A stretch of 49,170 nucleotides of DNA from Lachnospiraceae bacterium (GTDB taxonomy: Bacteria > Bacillota > Clostridia > Lachnospirales > Lachnospiraceae), in NCBI GenBank assembly GCA_045541595.1, contig JAZQJL010000265.1:1-49170 (forward strand), written 5' to 3'. The translations under genes and the position numbers were made by a program. Below the pieces are notes generated by a model that saw nothing but the letters and a program-made list of their open reading frames with translations, was not told the origin of the DNA and did not search any database. This document shows, in pieces, positions 46,764 to 49,170 of the stretch. The stretch's first letter is position 1, and each line of letters begins with the position of its first letter.

Positions 46764-47864
46764 ATGAAAAAAGAAAAAAGGTCATTCCTTCAGAATAATG
46801 TGGTGCAATCCCTGTTGGCCTCTTTCATTTGCATCTTACTTGGCTTATTTATCGGATTTATTGTGTTATTGTTTATCAATCCGTCCGGTGCGGTAGATGC
46901 AATCTTAACCATTGTAAAAAACTTTTTGGTATTTCCAAACGGAAATATTGCATTAAAGTATCTGGGTAATACGTTGGTAAAAACAGCACCGTTGCTGATG
47001 TGTGCGTTGTCGGTATTATTTTCCTACAAGGTAGGATTATTCAATATCGGAGCGGCAGGACAGTATGTCATCGGTGCGGGAATTGCGGTTTACGCGGCAT
47101 TGGCATGGCAACTGCCTTGGTGGCTTTGTGCCATTTTAGCCATGGCAGCAGGCGCGGCACTGGGGGCAGTCAGTGGTTTGTTAAAGTCGTACTTTAACGT
47201 AAACGAGGTTATTTCCGGCATTATGTTAAACTGGATTGCACTGTATTCCATGAATATGCTGTTAGCCAAGGTAAAAGAAGACACCAGCCCTTATACAAAG
47301 CAGATCGCAATCCATGCAAAGACTGCGCTTTTGCCGTCTCTTGGCCTGGACAAGCTGTTTTACAACAATAAGTACGTGACCATTGCAGTGCCTTTGGCAG
47401 TGTTAATTGCGATTATAGTATGGATTGTATTGGAAAAGACAAAATTCGGCTATGAGCTAAAGGCAACCGGTATGAATAAAAACGCAGCAAAGTACAGTGG
47501 TATGGCAGAGAAAAGAAATATCATTGTCACTTTGATGATTGGCGGTGCCCTGGCAGCCTTTGGAGCAACCATGTTTTACCTAAGCGGATATGAGCAGTGG
47601 GCAACCAGCCAGTCTTCCGTGCCGGGCATGGGATTTAACGGCATTGCAGCGGCGTTTTTGGGTGGTTTAAATCCAATCGGAACTATTTTTGCTTCCTTCT
47701 TTATCCAGCACATTACGGAGGGCGGCGCCTATGTGGATAAAAGCATGTACTCCTCCCAAATTTCAGATCTGATATCCTCACTGATTATCTATTTGTGCGG
47801 ATTTGTACTCTTTATGAAGCACGCCATGAACAAACATGCTTCTAAGAAGGGAGGCGGAAAATAA
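46764..47864 (+). CDS. ABC transporter permease (BMP-system, YufP/NupB-like)
   Basis: 366 aa, polytopic, in operon context. Confidence 0.88.
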   Translation: MKKEKRSFLQNNVVQSLLASFICILLGLFIGFIVLLFINPSGAVDAILTIVKNFLVFPNGNIALKYLGNTLVKTAPLLMCALSVLFSYKVGLFNIGAAGQYVIGAGIAVYAALAWQLPWWLCAILAMAAGAALGAVSGLLKSYFNVNEVISGIMLNWIALYSMNMLLAKVKEDTSPYTKQIAIHAKTALLPSLGLDKLFYNNKYVTIAVPLAVLIAIIVWIVLEKTKFGYELKATGMNKNAAKYSGMAEKRNIIVTLMIGGALAAFGATMFYLSGYEQWATSQSSVPGMGFNGIAAAFLGGLNPIGTIFASFFIQHITEGGAYVDKSMYSSQISDLISSLIIYLCGFVLFMKHAMNKHASKKGGGK

Positions 47865-48802
47865 TGACACTTTTATTACAGTATACATTACTTTATGCTT
47901 CCGTATTAATTCTTGTGGCTCTGGGCGGTTGTTTTTCCGAGCGCTCCGGTGTCATTAACTTAGGTTTGGAAGGTATCATGGTTATGGGAGCTTTAGGCGG
48001 TGCCCTTACCATGAAACATATGACAGGAATGCCCGGAATTGTGATTGTTCTTGCAACAATTGTAATGTCTGCACTGCTTGGAATGCTGTATTCCCTGTTG
48101 CTGGCGGTGGCATGCATTAACTTTAAAGCTGACCAGACCATTATAGGAACCGCATTAAACCTGCTGGGAACGGCAATGGCAACCGTTATTGTTAAGGCTT
48201 TAAATACTGCAGCAAATCCGGATGATGTTTCTTCTGATGTGCAGTATATTGCGTCTAAAAAGTCATTGATAGTAAATATCGGCGGCTTTGAATTTAACTG
48301 GTTTATGCTGGTGGCATTTGTGCTGCTGATAGTATCCTATATTTTACTCTATAAGACCCGGTTCGGCCTCCGGCTGATGGCCTGCGGTGAGCATCCTCAG
48401 GCGGCAGACAGCGTAGGTATCAACGTTTATAAAATGCGCTATGCCGGTGTGATGATTTCCGGCGTTTTGGGCGGTCTTGGCGGCATCGTATATATTACAG
48501 CCGGTGTTAGTGAATGGAAGTTTGAAAACGGTGTGGCAGGATTTGGCTTCCTGGCGCTGGCCGTTATGATTTTCGGACAGTGGAAGCCACTGCGAATTGC
48601 GCTGGCCGCGTTATTGTTTGGTATGTTCCGGGCACTGTCCAACGTATATTCGGGATTCGATTTCCTGACGGCATTAAATATTCCAAGCACCGTGTACAAT
48701 ATGATGCCGTATATTATTTCGCTGGCGGTGTTAACATTTACATCTAAAAATTCTAAAGCACCAAAGGCGGAAGGTATTCCTTACGACAAGGGTCAAAGAT
48801 AA
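47864..48802 (+). CDS. ABC transporter permease (BMP-system, YufQ/NupC-like)
   Basis: 312 aa, polytopic. Its start overlaps the previous stop (TAATG). Confidence 0.88.
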   Translation: MTLLLQYTLLYASVLILVALGGCFSERSGVINLGLEGIMVMGALGGALTMKHMTGMPGIVIVLATIVMSALLGMLYSLLLAVACINFKADQTIIGTALNLLGTAMATVIVKALNTAANPDDVSSDVQYIASKKSLIVNIGGFEFNWFMLVAFVLLIVSYILLYKTRFGLRLMACGEHPQAADSVGINVYKMRYAGVMISGVLGGLGGIVYITAGVSEWKFENGVAGFGFLALAVMIFGQWKPLRIALAALLFGMFRALSNVYSGFDFLTALNIPSTVYNMMPYIISLAVLTFTSKNSKAPKAEGIPYDKGQR

Positions 48803-48863
48803 GTAAGACGGGGCGGGGTGCCCTGTCTGAACATAAATAATAAAACAAAAGGAGACGTGGGTT

Positions 48864-49128
48864 ATGGCAAACAGATTTGTATTGAACGAAACATCTTATC
48901 ATGGAGCAGGTGCCATCGGGGCAATTTCCGATGAGGCAGTAAGAAGAGGCTTTAAGAAGGCTTTGGTATGCTCCGATCCTGACTTAATTAAGTTCGGTGT
49001 AACAAAGAAGGTTACTGACATTTTAGATGCAGCAAATCTTGCATATGAAATCTACTCCGACATTAAGCCAAATCCAACCATTGAAAATGTACAGAACGGT
49101 GTGGCGGCATTTAAGGCATCAGGCGCTG
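48864..49128 (+). CDS. iron-containing alcohol dehydrogenase (FucO/lactaldehyde-reductase-like), N-terminal fragment only
   Basis: MANRFVLNETSYHGAGAIGAISDEA...NPTIENVQNGVAAFKASGA is a typical Fe-ADH N-terminus. The reading frame then runs into adapter sequence, so the stop at 49140-49142 is not biological. Confidence 0.85.
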
Positions 49129-49170
49129 AAGTCGGATCGTAGCCATGTCGTTCTGTGAGCCAAGGAGTTG
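49129..49170 (+). other. sequencing adapter contamination (MGI/BGISEQ adapter) at the contig end
   Basis: The terminal 42 nt read AAGTCGGATCGTAGCCATGTCGTTCTGTGAGCCAAGGAGTTG. This matches, from memory, the MGI/BGISEQ read-2 adapter sequence commonly given for adapter trimming. Confidence 0.85.

Noticed and set aside
48803-48863. A GC-rich imperfect hairpin (agacgggg...ccctgtct) after the last permease gene, considered as a terminator.
   Set aside because: The stem has a mismatch and no U-run follows, so the evidence is too weak to list as a feature.

Overview
The window reads as the end of a chromosomal contig from a low-GC Firmicute, probably a spore-forming Clostridia or Lachnospiraceae-like organism. 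That placement is an inference from the gene content: DUF1385-prmC-prfA, CIRCE-groESL, glnS and a GerA-family germination gene. The region is densely coding, with about 46 CDS, and is mostly housekeeping. The clearly recognisable genes are prmC/prfA, trkH/trkA, dapF, dCMP deaminase, glnS, groES/groEL, and a deoD-deoC-cdd cluster followed by a BMP-type ABC nucleoside transporter. There is also a signalling cluster made of a TraX-7TM-PAS hybrid histidine kinase, a double-receiver regulator, an AraC regulator and a PAS-GGDEF(degenerate)-EAL-PAS protein. A cobalamin riboswitch sits upstream of a DUF4430 gene and an ECF S-component-like gene. I found no rRNA, tRNA, CRISPR array, transposase or integrase. 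Seven items deserve a second look. (1) An approximately 400-bp foldback element with approximately 120-bp imperfect inverted arms fills the only large non-coding gap, between groEL and a GNAT gene. (2) Two tandem, collinear approximately 520-aa membrane-anchored paralogs of unknown function lie convergent with a LURP-one-like plus FliK-C-like two-gene operon. (3) A VTC (triphosphate-tunnel, polyphosphate-polymerase-like) gene overlaps a DUF4956 membrane gene. (4) A TraX membrane domain is fused to a hybrid sensor kinase. (5) A perfect 14-bp terminator hairpin contains the ribosome-binding site of an orphan GerA-family gene. (6) The last 42 nt of the window are identical to the MGI/BGISEQ sequencing adapter as I recall it, so the final ORF's stop codon is an artefact. 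(7) An apparently AT-richer GNAT-NUDIX-P-loop islet lies next to the foldback element. I cannot show that any of these is a new system from sequence alone. The candidates are ranked in the findings.
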